From positions 1,030,613 to 1,094,612 of the forward strand of contig JBAZEK010000001.1 of the NCBI GenBank assembly GCA_041653995.1: DNA of 64,000 nt, given 5' to 3'. Both the position numbers and the translations under genes were made by a program. The notes under the pieces were generated by a model, which was not told the DNA's origin, ran no database searches, and saw only the letters and a program-made list of their open reading frames with translations. Positions 40,519 through 49,455 of this stretch are shown one piece after another (within the stretch, counting starts at the first letter, position 1; each line of letters begins with the position of its first letter). Source of the stretch: Dehalococcoidia bacterium (lineage in GTDB: Bacteria; Chloroflexota; Dehalococcoidia; GIF9; UBA5629).

Positions 40519-41880
40519 ACACCAAATAACTCAATAAACAACGTTGAGACATTCCCAAAAATCGGAGATAAGATACCGAATATCTCATGGACTACTATCA
40601 ATGGCGAAAAGATTGATTTAAATCAGTTTAAAGGCAGTTGGGTGCTACTATGCTATTGGTGCTCTTGCCCTGTACATAGGAATGACATACTGACTATTCA
40701 TAATGTTTATGATTCATTATATGATAAGAATCTCGATGTCATTGTAATTAATGATACTTATGCTCAGATAGAATTAGAGGCATTTGGAAAACAAAACAAT
40801 GTACCGTTTTATTTAATTGAAGATAATCAAAAAACAATTGATAAACTTGTACCATTTGGCAACAGGCCAATATATCTCTTAATTGATGGGAGTGGGGATT
40901 TACATGCTATCGAAATAGGTACATTTCGCTCTGGCGAAAATAGCGTTAACAATGTAATCAATTTCCTTGATGATGTGATTAAGGTAAGAATCGATAATAT
41001 TACAGTCACTAATATTACTTCAAATAGGGCAACTGTGAGATGGAAAACAGATAAGGCAGTACCGTGTTGGTTGGAAATTCACCCCCAAGGTGACCCAATC
41101 GGAAAGTGCATCGGCAAGACAAATCCAAATACATTTCATGAATTGATATTAAACTGTAATCCCAACACAGCTTACACTTTTAACGTAGCTGCTAGTGGAT
41201 TAGATAATTCTTTAATTAACGATGCAAGCAATCGTAGTAGTGAATTTTCATTTCAAACATTACCAAATTGGGTTACTTCTTTATATGAGGTTGACTCTAC
41301 TAAACCAAAAATATCGAATGTTAAAGTTTCTATAATTACAGATACGAGTGCAGAGTTATATTGGGAAACTGATGTGGAAGCTCAAGTCACCGCTACAATC
41401 TGTAAATATATATCCAGTACTGATGCGCCCTTAAACTCCCAGAAAATTGATTTTATAGAAGACATATATTTTACAAAGAAACATAGCTTTACAATTAGCT
41501 CTCTTGAGCCAAGACGATTATATGACGTTGGTTTAAATGCCAAAGATAGAATGGGAAGGGTTGCCGATTACAGTGTCGAATTTTTAACACAACCTTCAAA
41601 TTATACTCACGGAGCGAAGATATCCAATATATCTTTATATGACATCACGGACAGGAGTGCTAAATTAAAATGGTCAACTGACAAGTCAGTATGGAGTTCA
41701 GCCTGCTATAAATATGAGTGCTCTTCTGGGGACATCAACACTGAGCATTCATATACACTATCCTATGGTCTGGAACCCGATACAGAATACTGGGTGCAAA
41801 TTCTAGCACATGGGGAATCGGTATCTGATGTATTCAACTTCAGAACATTAAAGACAACAGATAAGGTAGATATGAAATGA
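40468..41880 (+). CDS. exported lipoprotein: thioredoxin-fold domain (CYWCSC) + three fibronectin-III/purple-acid-phosphatase-N-like domains
   Basis: 470 aa; same signal peptide as 34559 gene; Fn3-like segments TNITSNRATVRWKTD, VSIITDTSAELYWETD, ISLYDITDRSAKLKWSTD. Confidence 0.7.
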   Translation: MKYLLACFIALFVISACTPNNSINNVETFPKIGDKIPNISWTTINGEKIDLNQFKGSWVLLCYWCSCPVHRNDILTIHNVYDSLYDKNLDVIVINDTYAQIELEAFGKQNNVPFYLIEDNQKTIDKLVPFGNRPIYLLIDGSGDLHAIEIGTFRSGENSVNNVINFLDDVIKVRIDNITVTNITSNRATVRWKTDKAVPCWLEIHPQGDPIGKCIGKTNPNTFHELILNCNPNTAYTFNVAASGLDNSLINDASNRSSEFSFQTLPNWVTSLYEVDSTKPKISNVKVSIITDTSAELYWETDVEAQVTATICKYISSTDAPLNSQKIDFIEDIYFTKKHSFTISSLEPRRLYDVGLNAKDRMGRVADYSVEFLTQPSNYTHGAKISNISLYDITDRSAKLKWSTDKSVWSSACYKYECSSGDINTEHSYTLSYGLEPDTEYWVQILAHGESVSDVFNFRTLKTTDKVDMK

Positions 41881-41907
41881 AAGAAAATCAAAAGGGAGGT
41901 AAAGAAG

Positions 41908-42084
41908 ATGGTAGCAAATAAGAAGAAGTATTATGCAGGGGAATCAGCTAAAGTCTCTGGCAAATACAACGAATGCAGATTGGGCACAGGCAAAACAGGA
42001 GTAACAGCAAATGTCAAGAAGGGGGATACACTCCCACCACATAAAATAGGAGCTCATTGGGAGTTATCAAGAAAATCTAAATAA
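41908..42084 (+). CDS. small basic protein (58 aa), hypothetical
   Basis: strong RBS AAGGGAGG 8 nt upstream; MVANKKKYYAGESAKVSGKYNECRLGTGKTG...; not in ORF track (<60 aa). Confidence 0.35.
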   Translation: MVANKKKYYAGESAKVSGKYNECRLGTGKTGVTANVKKGDTLPPHKIGAHWELSRKSK

Positions 42085-42316
42085 TATAGACATATTTAAG
42101 AAAGTGGTGACTTATAAAACTTCATGCTGTCCTGAAAGCTGAATGACCGAGTATATCTTTGCACCATAATAAAGTTCAGCCAAGGCACCGTTAAAATGTA
42201 CTACAGAATTGTTCTAAAGGGCCAAAATGGGGTATATAATATAGGGCATGACAGATTCTTCCTGCCTGAGCTTTTCAAGCTTAATTATTGAACAAATAAC
42301 TATGAAATCCTGATTG

Positions 42317-43081
42317 CTAACGAGGTAACTGATTTGAGCCGTTCACATCTTTGTAGACTTGAAGAGCATCCTCAAAGGATAAAGATTTTGAATACCTTTC
42401 AACCATAGAAATGCTTTCCCAACCGCCTAGATTTTGCACAATACGAGTGGATAACCCAGACTTAATATTGTGAATACAAAACCCTCTTCTATAGCTATGG
42501 GCGTTGGACTTAATGCCAGTTTCTTTAGACAATCGTTTAAGCATAGTTTTAATGCCAGCTCTTGATATTTCAAAACTATCATGCTCATCAAACCACTTTC
42601 CGATAACACCATTACCAGCTAAAGCCTTACGATACTTGTTACCCTTGCCCAGAATGGTTACTGTACCTTCACCCCAGTCAAAGTCTTTAGCGTGCACATT
42701 AGCACATTCACTCAGCCTTACTCCTGAGTACCATAAGAAACTAATTAATGCTCTATCACGTTCACAATGACAATGATTTATCAGAACTTCTAATTGTTCT
42801 TTTGATACCGCAGGCAATAGCTTCTTTTGAATTTTTGGGCTAGGAACTTTGTCAATAACCTTGTCGTGAATATAGCTATTGCTGTATAGCCATGAAATGA
42901 GAGTTTTGAGAGCTTGATAGAATCTTGCTTTGCCATTATGACAGGTAAGTGATTTTAGATAAGCATTAACTCCATCTGGACTTAGGGGATAACCAATAAA
43001 ATGAGTTAAAGTATATTCGTAAAATTCAATAGTTCGCTTACTACAACCATCGGGGCGAGAAGAAATAAACTTCTCCAACAA
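42317..43081 (-). CDS. tyrosine recombinase/phage-type integrase (compact XerC/D-like)
   Basis: 254 aa; N-terminal SAM-like domain, catalytic R...HSYRRGF...LGGW...Y (R-H-R-Y); adjacent to tRNA-Val target. Confidence 0.85.
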   Translation of the reverse strand: MLEKFISSRPDGCSKRTIEFYEYTLTHFIGYPLSPDGVNAYLKSLTCHNGKARFYQALKTLISWLYSNSYIHDKVIDKVPSPKIQKKLLPAVSKEQLEVLINHCHCERDRALISFLWYSGVRLSECANVHAKDFDWGEGTVTILGKGNKYRKALAGNGVIGKWFDEHDSFEISRAGIKTMLKRLSKETGIKSNAHSYRRGFCIHNIKSGLSTRIVQNLGGWESISMVERYSKSLSFEDALQVYKDVNGSNQLPR

Positions 43082-43143
43082 TTCTTTTGTGAACTTTTTG
43101 TAGCTAACTTGTGAATATTGTGAAATTGAGCTGTAGTTTTCTT

Positions 43144-43219
43144 TGGTGGGCGATACTGGATTTGAACCAGTGACCCCCTGTGTGTAAGACAGGTGCTCTA
43201 ACCGCTGAGCTAATCGCCC
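43144..43219 (-). tRNA. tRNA-Val (anticodon UAC); integration target
   Basis: rc GGGCGATTAGCTCAGCGGTTAGAGCACCTGTCTTACACACAGGGGGTCACTGGTTCAAATCCAGTATCGCCCACCA; encoded CCA. Confidence 0.9.
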
Positions 43220-43226
43220 TGGGGAG

Positions 43227-43302
43227 TGGCACGCCTGGTGGGGCTTGAACCCACGGCCTCAGCCTCCGCAGGGCTGCGCTCTATCCACTGAGCTACAGGC
43301 GC
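43227..43302 (-). tRNA. tRNA-Arg (anticodon GCG as read; G37)
   Basis: rc GCGCCTGTAGCTCAGTGGATAGAGCGCAGCCCTGCGGAGGCTGAGGCCGTGGGTTCAAGCCCCACCAGGCGTGCCA; anticodon stem CAGCC/GGCTG, loop CTGCGGA; G1·U72 wobble if ends are as drawn. Confidence 0.7.
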
Positions 43303-43308
43303 ATAAAA

Positions 43309-43395
43309 TGGTGCCGAAGGTGGGAGTTGAACCCACACATCCGTTACGGATACTACGCCCTGAACGTAGCGCGTCTGCCATTCCGCCACTTCGGC
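43309..43395 (-). tRNA. tRNA-Leu (anticodon CAG), long variable arm
   Basis: rc GCCGAAGTGGCGGAATGGCAGACGCGCTACGTTCAGGGCGTAGTATCCGTAACGGATGTGTGGGTTCAACTCCCACCTTCGGCACCA. Confidence 0.85.
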
Positions 43396-43397
43396 CC

Positions 43398-43470
43398 TGG
43401 GCAGCACAGGATTTGAACCTGTGACCCCTTGCGTGTGAAGCAAGTGCTCTAACCGCTGAGCTAGCCGCCC
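43398..43470 (-). tRNA. tRNA-Val (anticodon CAC), CCA not encoded
   Basis: rc GGGCGGCTAGCTCAGCGGTTAGAGCACTTGCTTCACACGCAAGGGGTCACAGGTTCAAATCCTGTGCTGCCCA followed by GG. Confidence 0.85.
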
Positions 43471-43481
43471 TCTAACGCTAT

Positions 43482-43511
43482 ATTTTATTCTTTAACAAGG
43501 TTTAAAAGCAA
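43482..43511 (-). promoter_or_regulatory. candidate sigma-70 promoter for the tRNA operon (TTGCTT-N18-TAAAAT)
   Basis: read on minus strand; -10 lies ~12 nt upstream of tRNA-Val(CAC) 5' end. Confidence 0.3.
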
Positions 43512-43605
43512 GGCGAACCGCCCCGTACAATCATAGTTCATCAGGATTTATAAGCCCGCGCTGTGGACATCCCTCTACTCCAATGCATATAATTCAACTA
43601 CACCC

Positions 43606-44448
43606 ATGTTATCTTTTAAGCCGCTTGAAGCCGGCCCATCATCGCTGCTGAGTGTCCTCATCCTGCTTGCCGTGCTGGCTGTGGCCTGTGCATCACCCCT
43701 GCCGTCGCAACCGACGCCGGGCGACGATAATTCTCAACCCACGGCTGAGCCGGCGCAGATACCGGCTGCTCCTCCACCGGAACCGGCTGAATCCGAGAAC
43801 GTCTCCACAACAGTTGCCACTCCGGGATCGCCCGTCCGGATAAAGCTTATCCACTACAGGGGCACGCTCAGCAGGATCGGTTGCTGCAATCCGGGACTTT
43901 ACGAGAGAGATGAATTCGTTGTCATCCAGAATGTCGGAGATACGTATGTCGATATCGTCGACTGGCGTCTGACCAATATTACCAGGGGCTATCCCACTTT
44001 CATATTCCCGTCGCACTTCCCCTGCGTCCCCTACGAGCTGCCGCCGCCGGACCCGACCGAGGAAATAATATCGACCGAAAGCTATTACTCCTTGACCAAG
44101 AACCCGGCGCAGTCCGAGATCTACAGGTTCACGACAAATCCCCAGCAGTCCAAACCGACCAATGTGCCCAACAGTGAAATAGACTGGGCTTCATGCACGC
44201 CGGTGGAACCGCTGGACGAGACGCCCATGCAGCCGATAGCGGGCGAACAGGGAGTGCCGCCGCAGTGCATCCTCTACCCCGGTCAAACGATACTGGTATT
44301 CACAGATGAAATTCACTGCCAGACCGGAGGCTTCTCCTTCAACTGGGGACTGGGCAATATCTGGAACAACGTGACCGCCGATACGGCCGCGCTGTATAAC
44401 GCCCGCGGCGAAGAGGTATCGCGCAGGAGCTACCTTGTCGGCAGATAG
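43606..44448 (+). CDS. lipoprotein with two lamin-tail-domain (LTD)-like segments
   Basis: 280 aa; signal + Pro-rich linker; EFVVIQNVGDTYVDIVDWRL resembles the LTD core motif (EYVElyN.GdtaVDLsGW.L). Confidence 0.5.
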   Translation: MLSFKPLEAGPSSLLSVLILLAVLAVACASPLPSQPTPGDDNSQPTAEPAQIPAAPPPEPAESENVSTTVATPGSPVRIKLIHYRGTLSRIGCCNPGLYERDEFVVIQNVGDTYVDIVDWRLTNITRGYPTFIFPSHFPCVPYELPPPDPTEEIISTESYYSLTKNPAQSEIYRFTTNPQQSKPTNVPNSEIDWASCTPVEPLDETPMQPIAGEQGVPPQCILYPGQTILVFTDEIHCQTGGFSFNWGLGNIWNNVTADTAALYNARGEEVSRRSYLVGR

Positions 44449-44586
44449 CGGCATGTTTTTCTCCCCGAATTATTAAGTTTATTGATTTATTTAATACCTG
44501 TGTATATAATCAAGAAAATGGTTAAACATAGTCCGCCGGAAATACGTTTTCTCTATGGATAGTTATGGATGTGATGGAGAGATGAA

Positions 44587-45612
44587 ATGCAGCAATGGAT
44601 AAGATGCACCAGATGCGGCGCCAATAATGCTCCCGGACAGAAATTCTGTAACGCATGCGGTACACCCCTGCCGACCGTCTGCCCCAATTGCGGAACCCCG
44701 GCAGGTCCCGGCAGCACTTTCTGCGCCAGGTGCGGCATGACATTCAGCGGTATGCCCCAGCAGACCGGATATTACCCTCCGCAGCAGCCGGGATATCCTC
44801 AGCAACCTGGCTATCCGCAGCAACCGGCATATCCGCAACAGCCGGGCTATCCTCAGCAACCGGGCTATCCTCAGCAACCGGGCTATCCGCAACAGCCGGG
44901 ATACCCGCAACAGCCTGGATATCCGCAGCAGCCCCCCGGCTACCCGCCTCAACAGACCGGCTATTATCCTCCGCAGCAGCCGGGTTATCCTCCACAGCCG
45001 GGATATCCGCAGCAACCGCCCGGTTATCCGCCGCAGCCGGGATATCCGCAACAGCCCGGCTATCCCCAGCAACCGGGATATCCGCCGGGCTATCCTCCGC
45101 AGCAGCCGCCACGCGGAGCGTATCCGCCGGGCGCAAGGCCACCCCAGCAAGGCGGCGGCAAAGGCATGCTCATATTGCTGCTGGTTGTTCTGATTGCCGG
45201 CCTGGCAGGCTTCGGTTACTGGGCTTACAGCCAGGGCTACCTCAAGGGCATACTTAACTTCGGCAGCGATAACACCACCACCTCCACAGGGAAACAGAAG
45301 GACACTGTGCCGCCCACCATCAGCGGCGTAGAAGTTAGCGCCAAGGCCATAAACGAAGTCGGCATTATCTGGAAGACGGACAAGCCATCCAGTTCTCAGG
45401 TGGAATGGGGTCCCAAGGGATCGTTCGGCAACAAGACGACACTACAGGATGACCCCGTGAGCGGTACCAGCATCGGTGTCACCGATCACGGGGTTATCGT
45501 CAAGGGATTAACGGCAAATACTGAATACCAGTACCGTGTGTTATCACATACCGACGGCAACGTTGACGCCGTATCCGCCACCAATACTTTCACGACACCT
45601 TCGGCAGATTAA
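44587..45612 (+). CDS. double zinc-ribbon – PQ-rich (PGYPQQ x ~20) – TM – Fn3-like domain protein
   Basis: 341 aa; [44 protein letters not shown]; [23 protein letters not shown]; C-terminal [17 protein letters not shown]...TEYQYRV purple-acid-phosphatase-N/Fn3-like. Confidence 0.65.
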   Translation: MQQWIRCTRCGANNAPGQKFCNACGTPLPTVCPNCGTPAGPGSTFCARCGMTFSGMPQQTGYYPPQQPGYPQQPGYPQQPAYPQQPGYPQQPGYPQQPGYPQQPGYPQQPGYPQQPPGYPPQQTGYYPPQQPGYPPQPGYPQQPPGYPPQPGYPQQPGYPQQPGYPPGYPPQQPPRGAYPPGARPPQQGGGKGMLILLLVVLIAGLAGFGYWAYSQGYLKGILNFGSDNTTTSTGKQKDTVPPTISGVEVSAKAINEVGIIWKTDKPSSSQVEWGPKGSFGNKTTLQDDPVSGTSIGVTDHGVIVKGLTANTEYQYRVLSHTDGNVDAVSATNTFTTPSAD

Positions 45613-45644
45613 CCCTCCTTTTCGCTGCGTTTACAGATTTTCTA

Positions 45645-46529
45645 ATGTATCAATCAACAGTACCCTGCCCTAAATGCGGCGCGCAGAACCTGCGGGGACA
45701 GTGGGTATGCGCGTACTGCGGAAATACGCTTGTCGTTTATTGTCCATCCTGCCATACCGGCAACGCCATCGACAGCCAGTATTGCCACGCCTGCCATGCA
45801 GTTCTCGCGTATACCGGCGTTCCGCCGGCTCAACCACAGTATCAACCCCAACCCCAGCAGCCTCAACCATATCCGCAGTACCCGCAATATCCTCCCGGGC
45901 AAACTGACCAGGGCCAGTACCCTCCGCAGTATCCACCCTACCCTCCACCCGGTTATCCACCACAGCAACCACCCTACCCGGACTACCAGGCCGGATACGG
46001 CCAGCCCGGCGATTATAAACCATACTCGGTTCACGGCGGCGAAGCCTACGCCGGAGGCGGGCTGGACGGCCTGATCGACAGGCTCAAAGAGTTCGTGCGC
46101 AATACCAATCCCATTCTCCTCTCTTCGCTGGTGGTGCTGGTAGTCGGTCTGACCATCTTCCTCATCCTGGCCTTCCAGTTCGGCTGGATCAAGACGGGTT
46201 CGGCGCCCAAAGTAGAAACAGTTAAAGATACCACAGCTCCTGTGATAACTTATTTAACTTATGAGCCCGGTGAAAATAGAAGCATTATAATAATTTGGGC
46301 AACCAATGAGCCAGCAAGTACGCGGGTCGAGTGGGGTATCGCACCTGTTTTCAACCAATTCACACTTATAGAAAACGATCCCCAAGTTGGCCAAGGTACA
46401 CTTTCACATAGGGTAACATTGACTAACCTGCTACCAAACACCAGCTATATTTACCGCGCAATATCATATGACAAAGCAGGGAACAAATGCATGAGTCCTA
46501 CTATGCCATTCCAAACTACGAACTACTAG
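45645..46529 (+). CDS. paralogous double zinc-ribbon – PQY-rich – TM – Fn3-like protein
   Basis: 294 aa; CPKCGAQNLRGQWVCAYCGNTLVVYCPSCHTGNAIDSQYCHAC; same architecture as upstream gene. Confidence 0.65.
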   Translation: MYQSTVPCPKCGAQNLRGQWVCAYCGNTLVVYCPSCHTGNAIDSQYCHACHAVLAYTGVPPAQPQYQPQPQQPQPYPQYPQYPPGQTDQGQYPPQYPPYPPPGYPPQQPPYPDYQAGYGQPGDYKPYSVHGGEAYAGGGLDGLIDRLKEFVRNTNPILLSSLVVLVVGLTIFLILAFQFGWIKTGSAPKVETVKDTTAPVITYLTYEPGENRSIIIIWATNEPASTRVEWGIAPVFNQFTLIENDPQVGQGTLSHRVTLTNLLPNTSYIYRAISYDKAGNKCMSPTMPFQTTNY

Positions 46530-46632
46530 TAGAAACGCACCCTGCCTCAAAGCCCGCGTAACATCCGACACCGATCATACATTGCTCCGGGCCCGCATTG
46601 GACATACAATATTAAGCATTTAAGGGATTATC

Positions 46633-46917
46633 ATGCAGCAAAACTTTCTCTGTCCCATCTGCTGGCAAGAAAATACGGCCGGCAGCACGGTGTGCAGCCA
46701 CTGCCACTCACAACTCGGCGTTCTGGGCGCCGTCAATTCCAATTGCCCCCATCCCGGCTGCCGATGGCCGCGCGTACCCTACGACCGCTTCTGCGGCAAC
46801 TGCGGAAGCCCTCTGCAACCCATCTGCCCTAACTGCGGCAACAACATCTCCAGGGACTCGAGATACTGCCCCAAATGCAGCTTTTTCTGCGGCGGGGGCC
46901 GGGAAGGATTAAAATAA
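46633..46917 (+). CDS. triple zinc-ribbon small protein (MQQNFLCPIC...)
   Basis: 94 aa with three CxxC-x(10-12)-CxxC pairs. Confidence 0.5.
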   Translation: MQQNFLCPICWQENTAGSTVCSHCHSQLGVLGAVNSNCPHPGCRWPRVPYDRFCGNCGSPLQPICPNCGNNISRDSRYCPKCSFFCGGGREGLK

Positions 46918-46942
46918 TCATATAGCACTGCTGGAGAAGTAT

Positions 46943-47263
46943 ATGGCTGATATCCTTGACGAAGCTCAATCGTTATTACAGTGCAAGACCTGCCCCTGGT
47001 ATAAGAACTGCGTCCTGCCTGTCCGCGTGACGGAGCTCGACCTGAAAAAGCAACTCGGCTCGAATATATCTTTCTCCACGCCTCCCGGCATGGAGGACCT
47101 GGGTCTCAACCAGTTGCTGGGGGGTCTGGCTTCAGCCGCCGAAAATTCGATGCTGGAAGGCTGCCCGGTTTTCATCGATAGACTGCGCTCCAATCCCAAT
47201 CTGGCCCTGCGCATTAAAAAGGTCATGCAGGAGTGGTCGGACGAAAGCGGCGACCAGCAATAG
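46943..47263 (+). CDS. hypothetical protein (106 aa)
   Basis: ORF with coding-like composition, stop 3 nt before xth start. Confidence 0.4.
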   Translation: MADILDEAQSLLQCKTCPWYKNCVLPVRVTELDLKKQLGSNISFSTPPGMEDLGLNQLLGGLASAAENSMLEGCPVFIDRLRSNPNLALRIKKVMQEWSDESGDQQ

Positions 47264-47266
47264 CTG

Positions 47267-48130
47267 ATGAGCGATCAGATCAAGCTTATCTCCTGGAACG
47301 TGGTCAGCATGCGAAACATGCTGGATAAGGCCAACCTGGCGCCGGACGGACAACCACATTTGCCCTTTCTCGACTGGTTGAAACGGGAATCGCCCGACGT
47401 TGTCTGTTTCCAGGAAACGAAGCTGCAGCAGTCCCAGCTCCCTCCCGCCCTCGAAAACCCGGCCGGCTACTTCACGCTCTGGAATTTCGCAGAGAAGAAG
47501 GGCTACAGCGGTGTGGCCACATTCAGCCGTAATAAGCCTCTTTCCCACAGCAGCGGGCTGGGGATAGAAAGGTTCGACAGCGAGGGCAGGGTGCTGATGA
47601 CCGAACACCCCGGATTCAAACTCTTCAACATCTATTTTCCCAAGGCCTATTCGCCAAAGGAGGTGGCCACAGCCCGCAAAGAGGGCGCAGGAAATGCCGA
47701 TAAAATGGCGGAACGGCTGCCCTTCAAGCTGGCCTTTTACGATGCGCTGCTGGAACACGTGGACCGATTATCGGAGCGGGGCGAAAAAATTGTTATCTGC
47801 GGCGACTTCAATGTAGCCCATACCGAGATAGACCTTGCCCGTCCCAGGGAAAACCGCGAGACCTCCGGATTCCTGCCCGAGGAACGCGCATGGATGGATA
47901 AGCTGATCGACCATGGGTACGTCGACACCTTCCGCCATATCTATAAGGACGCCGGGCATTACACCTGGTGGAGCTACCGCTTCAAAGCACGGGAAAAAGA
48001 TATCGGTTGGCGTCTCGACTATTTCTTTATCTCACGCAATCTGACCGAATCGCTGACCGGCGCATTCATCCTCAAAAACGTGCTGGGATCGGACCACTGC
48101 CCGGTGGGCATAACGTTGAAAATAGGCTGA
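47267..48130 (+). CDS. xth: exodeoxyribonuclease III (EEP-family AP endonuclease)
   Basis: 287 aa; KLISWNV, CFQETK, final SDHCPV motifs. Confidence 0.85.
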   Translation: MSDQIKLISWNVVSMRNMLDKANLAPDGQPHLPFLDWLKRESPDVVCFQETKLQQSQLPPALENPAGYFTLWNFAEKKGYSGVATFSRNKPLSHSSGLGIERFDSEGRVLMTEHPGFKLFNIYFPKAYSPKEVATARKEGAGNADKMAERLPFKLAFYDALLEHVDRLSERGEKIVICGDFNVAHTEIDLARPRENRETSGFLPEERAWMDKLIDHGYVDTFRHIYKDAGHYTWWSYRFKAREKDIGWRLDYFFISRNLTESLTGAFILKNVLGSDHCPVGITLKIG

Positions 48131-48153
48131 GCAGGCCTTAATATAAAGGGTAT

Positions 48154-48453
48154 ATGATCGACGCCCTGCACGAACTGAAAAACAATATAGCGCGCGTAGA
48201 GCAGAGCCATCCCCACCTGGGCAACGACCTTTCATCCACATGCGACAGGGCCATCACGGAACTGCAGGAGATCCACCGACGGCAGCGCATGGCCGGGACG
48301 AGGGATAGCGCTGAAGCCGCGCCGCGGACAACCGGGACCAATCCCCTTTCGCAGATGATCGATAAGACAGGCGCCTGTATCATAAGCGGACTGGACAGGA
48401 TGGGCGACGCCATCATATTTCTCTTCGTAAAGATCGGCAGGGTATTCAGTTAG
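48154..48453 (+). CDS. hypothetical protein (99 aa)
   Basis: ORF only. Confidence 0.3.
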   Translation: MIDALHELKNNIARVEQSHPHLGNDLSSTCDRAITELQEIHRRQRMAGTRDSAEAAPRTTGTNPLSQMIDKTGACIISGLDRMGDAIIFLFVKIGRVFS

Positions 48454-48498
48454 ACGCCTGATTTCAATACAAAGCGGCTTCTCTGTTAAGATATTTGC

Positions 48499-49443
48499 AT
48501 GAAAAAAACGCAGCGCATCGCTGTGATAGGCGCCGGCGCCGTGGGAAGCTATTACGGGGGACGTCTGGCCGAGGCCGGACATGATGTCCGATTCCTGGTC
48601 AGGCGTGATTACCATACCGTCAGGTCGTCCGGCCTGAATGTAACCAGTCCGGACGGGGATTTCCTGCTGGCACGTCCTTTTACAGCTGCAGACAGCACGG
48701 AGATAGGTACGGTGGACTGGGTGATCTGCGCGCTCAAGTCAACCTCCATTCATGCCGCACACAAGCTGGTCCAGCCCTGCGTGGGCGCCGACACCCGCAT
48801 ACTGGTGCTGATGAACGGCCTGGGATTGGAGGACCATTTCGCCGGGTGGTTCGGCCAAGAACGCATATTCGGAGGCCTGGCCTTTACCTGTATCAACAGA
48901 GGCAAGCCCGGTAACGTGCATCACCTGGCATACGGAACGGTTACACTGGGACACTACAAAAACGATCAAGGCGAGATCGACAAAGCCCTTGCGCTGTGGT
49001 CGGGCAGCAAAACCAGCGTTGTCTCAGCGTCCTCGCTTTTGAAGGCCCGCTGGGAGAAGCTTTGCTGGAATATACCTTTCAGCGGCCTGTGCGTGGCCGG
49101 CGGAGGTATCACGACCGACCGCATCATGGCGGACGAAGGACTGCGCGCCGCTGCAAAGGCATTGATGCAGGAAGTCATATGCGCGGGAAACGCCGACCTG
49201 GCATATCACGGCGAAAAATCCGACATCGACCGCAATACAATAATAAATAGTCTGTTTCAGAAGACTTCCACCATGGGAGCATATAAGCCGAGCACCATGA
49301 TCGATTTCGTGGAGGGCAAGGCTATGGAGGTCGACGCCATCTTCGCTGAGCCGCTACGGCGCGCCCGTGAACTCAAGGTCCCCACCCACCGCCTTGCGCT
49401 GCTTACAACCCTGCTGAGATCCCTCAACCACGGCCGGCAATAG
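48499..49443 (+). CDS. panE: 2-dehydropantoate 2-reductase (ketopantoate reductase, ApbA/PanE family)
   Basis: 314 aa; IAVIGAGAVGSYYGGRLAEAGHDV Rossmann N-terminus and ApbA C-terminal domain. Confidence 0.8.
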   Translation: MKKTQRIAVIGAGAVGSYYGGRLAEAGHDVRFLVRRDYHTVRSSGLNVTSPDGDFLLARPFTAADSTEIGTVDWVICALKSTSIHAAHKLVQPCVGADTRILVLMNGLGLEDHFAGWFGQERIFGGLAFTCINRGKPGNVHHLAYGTVTLGHYKNDQGEIDKALALWSGSKTSVVSASSLLKARWEKLCWNIPFSGLCVAGGGITTDRIMADEGLRAAAKALMQEVICAGNADLAYHGEKSDIDRNTIINSLFQKTSTMGAYKPSTMIDFVEGKAMEVDAIFAEPLRRARELKVPTHRLALLTTLLRSLNHGRQ

Positions 49444-49455
49444 GGCCCGAGGCCG

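Larger units (their letters stand above)
31092..43219. mobile_element. tRNA-Val-inserted integrative element (~12 kb) bounded by 51-bp direct repeats
   Basis: perfect 51-bp repeats; tyrosine integrase next to intact tRNA-Val; excisionase-like HTH at other end; interior visibly AT-rich versus GC-rich flanks; Rep/Cas4-like/XRE cargo. Confidence 0.8.

Noticed and set aside
44563-45150. 195-aa minus-strand ORF full of RLLRI/RISRLLR repeats
   Set aside because: Antisense shadow of the PGYPQQ codon repeats of 44587..45612. It has no independent start context and its low-complexity product is an artefact of the repeat.
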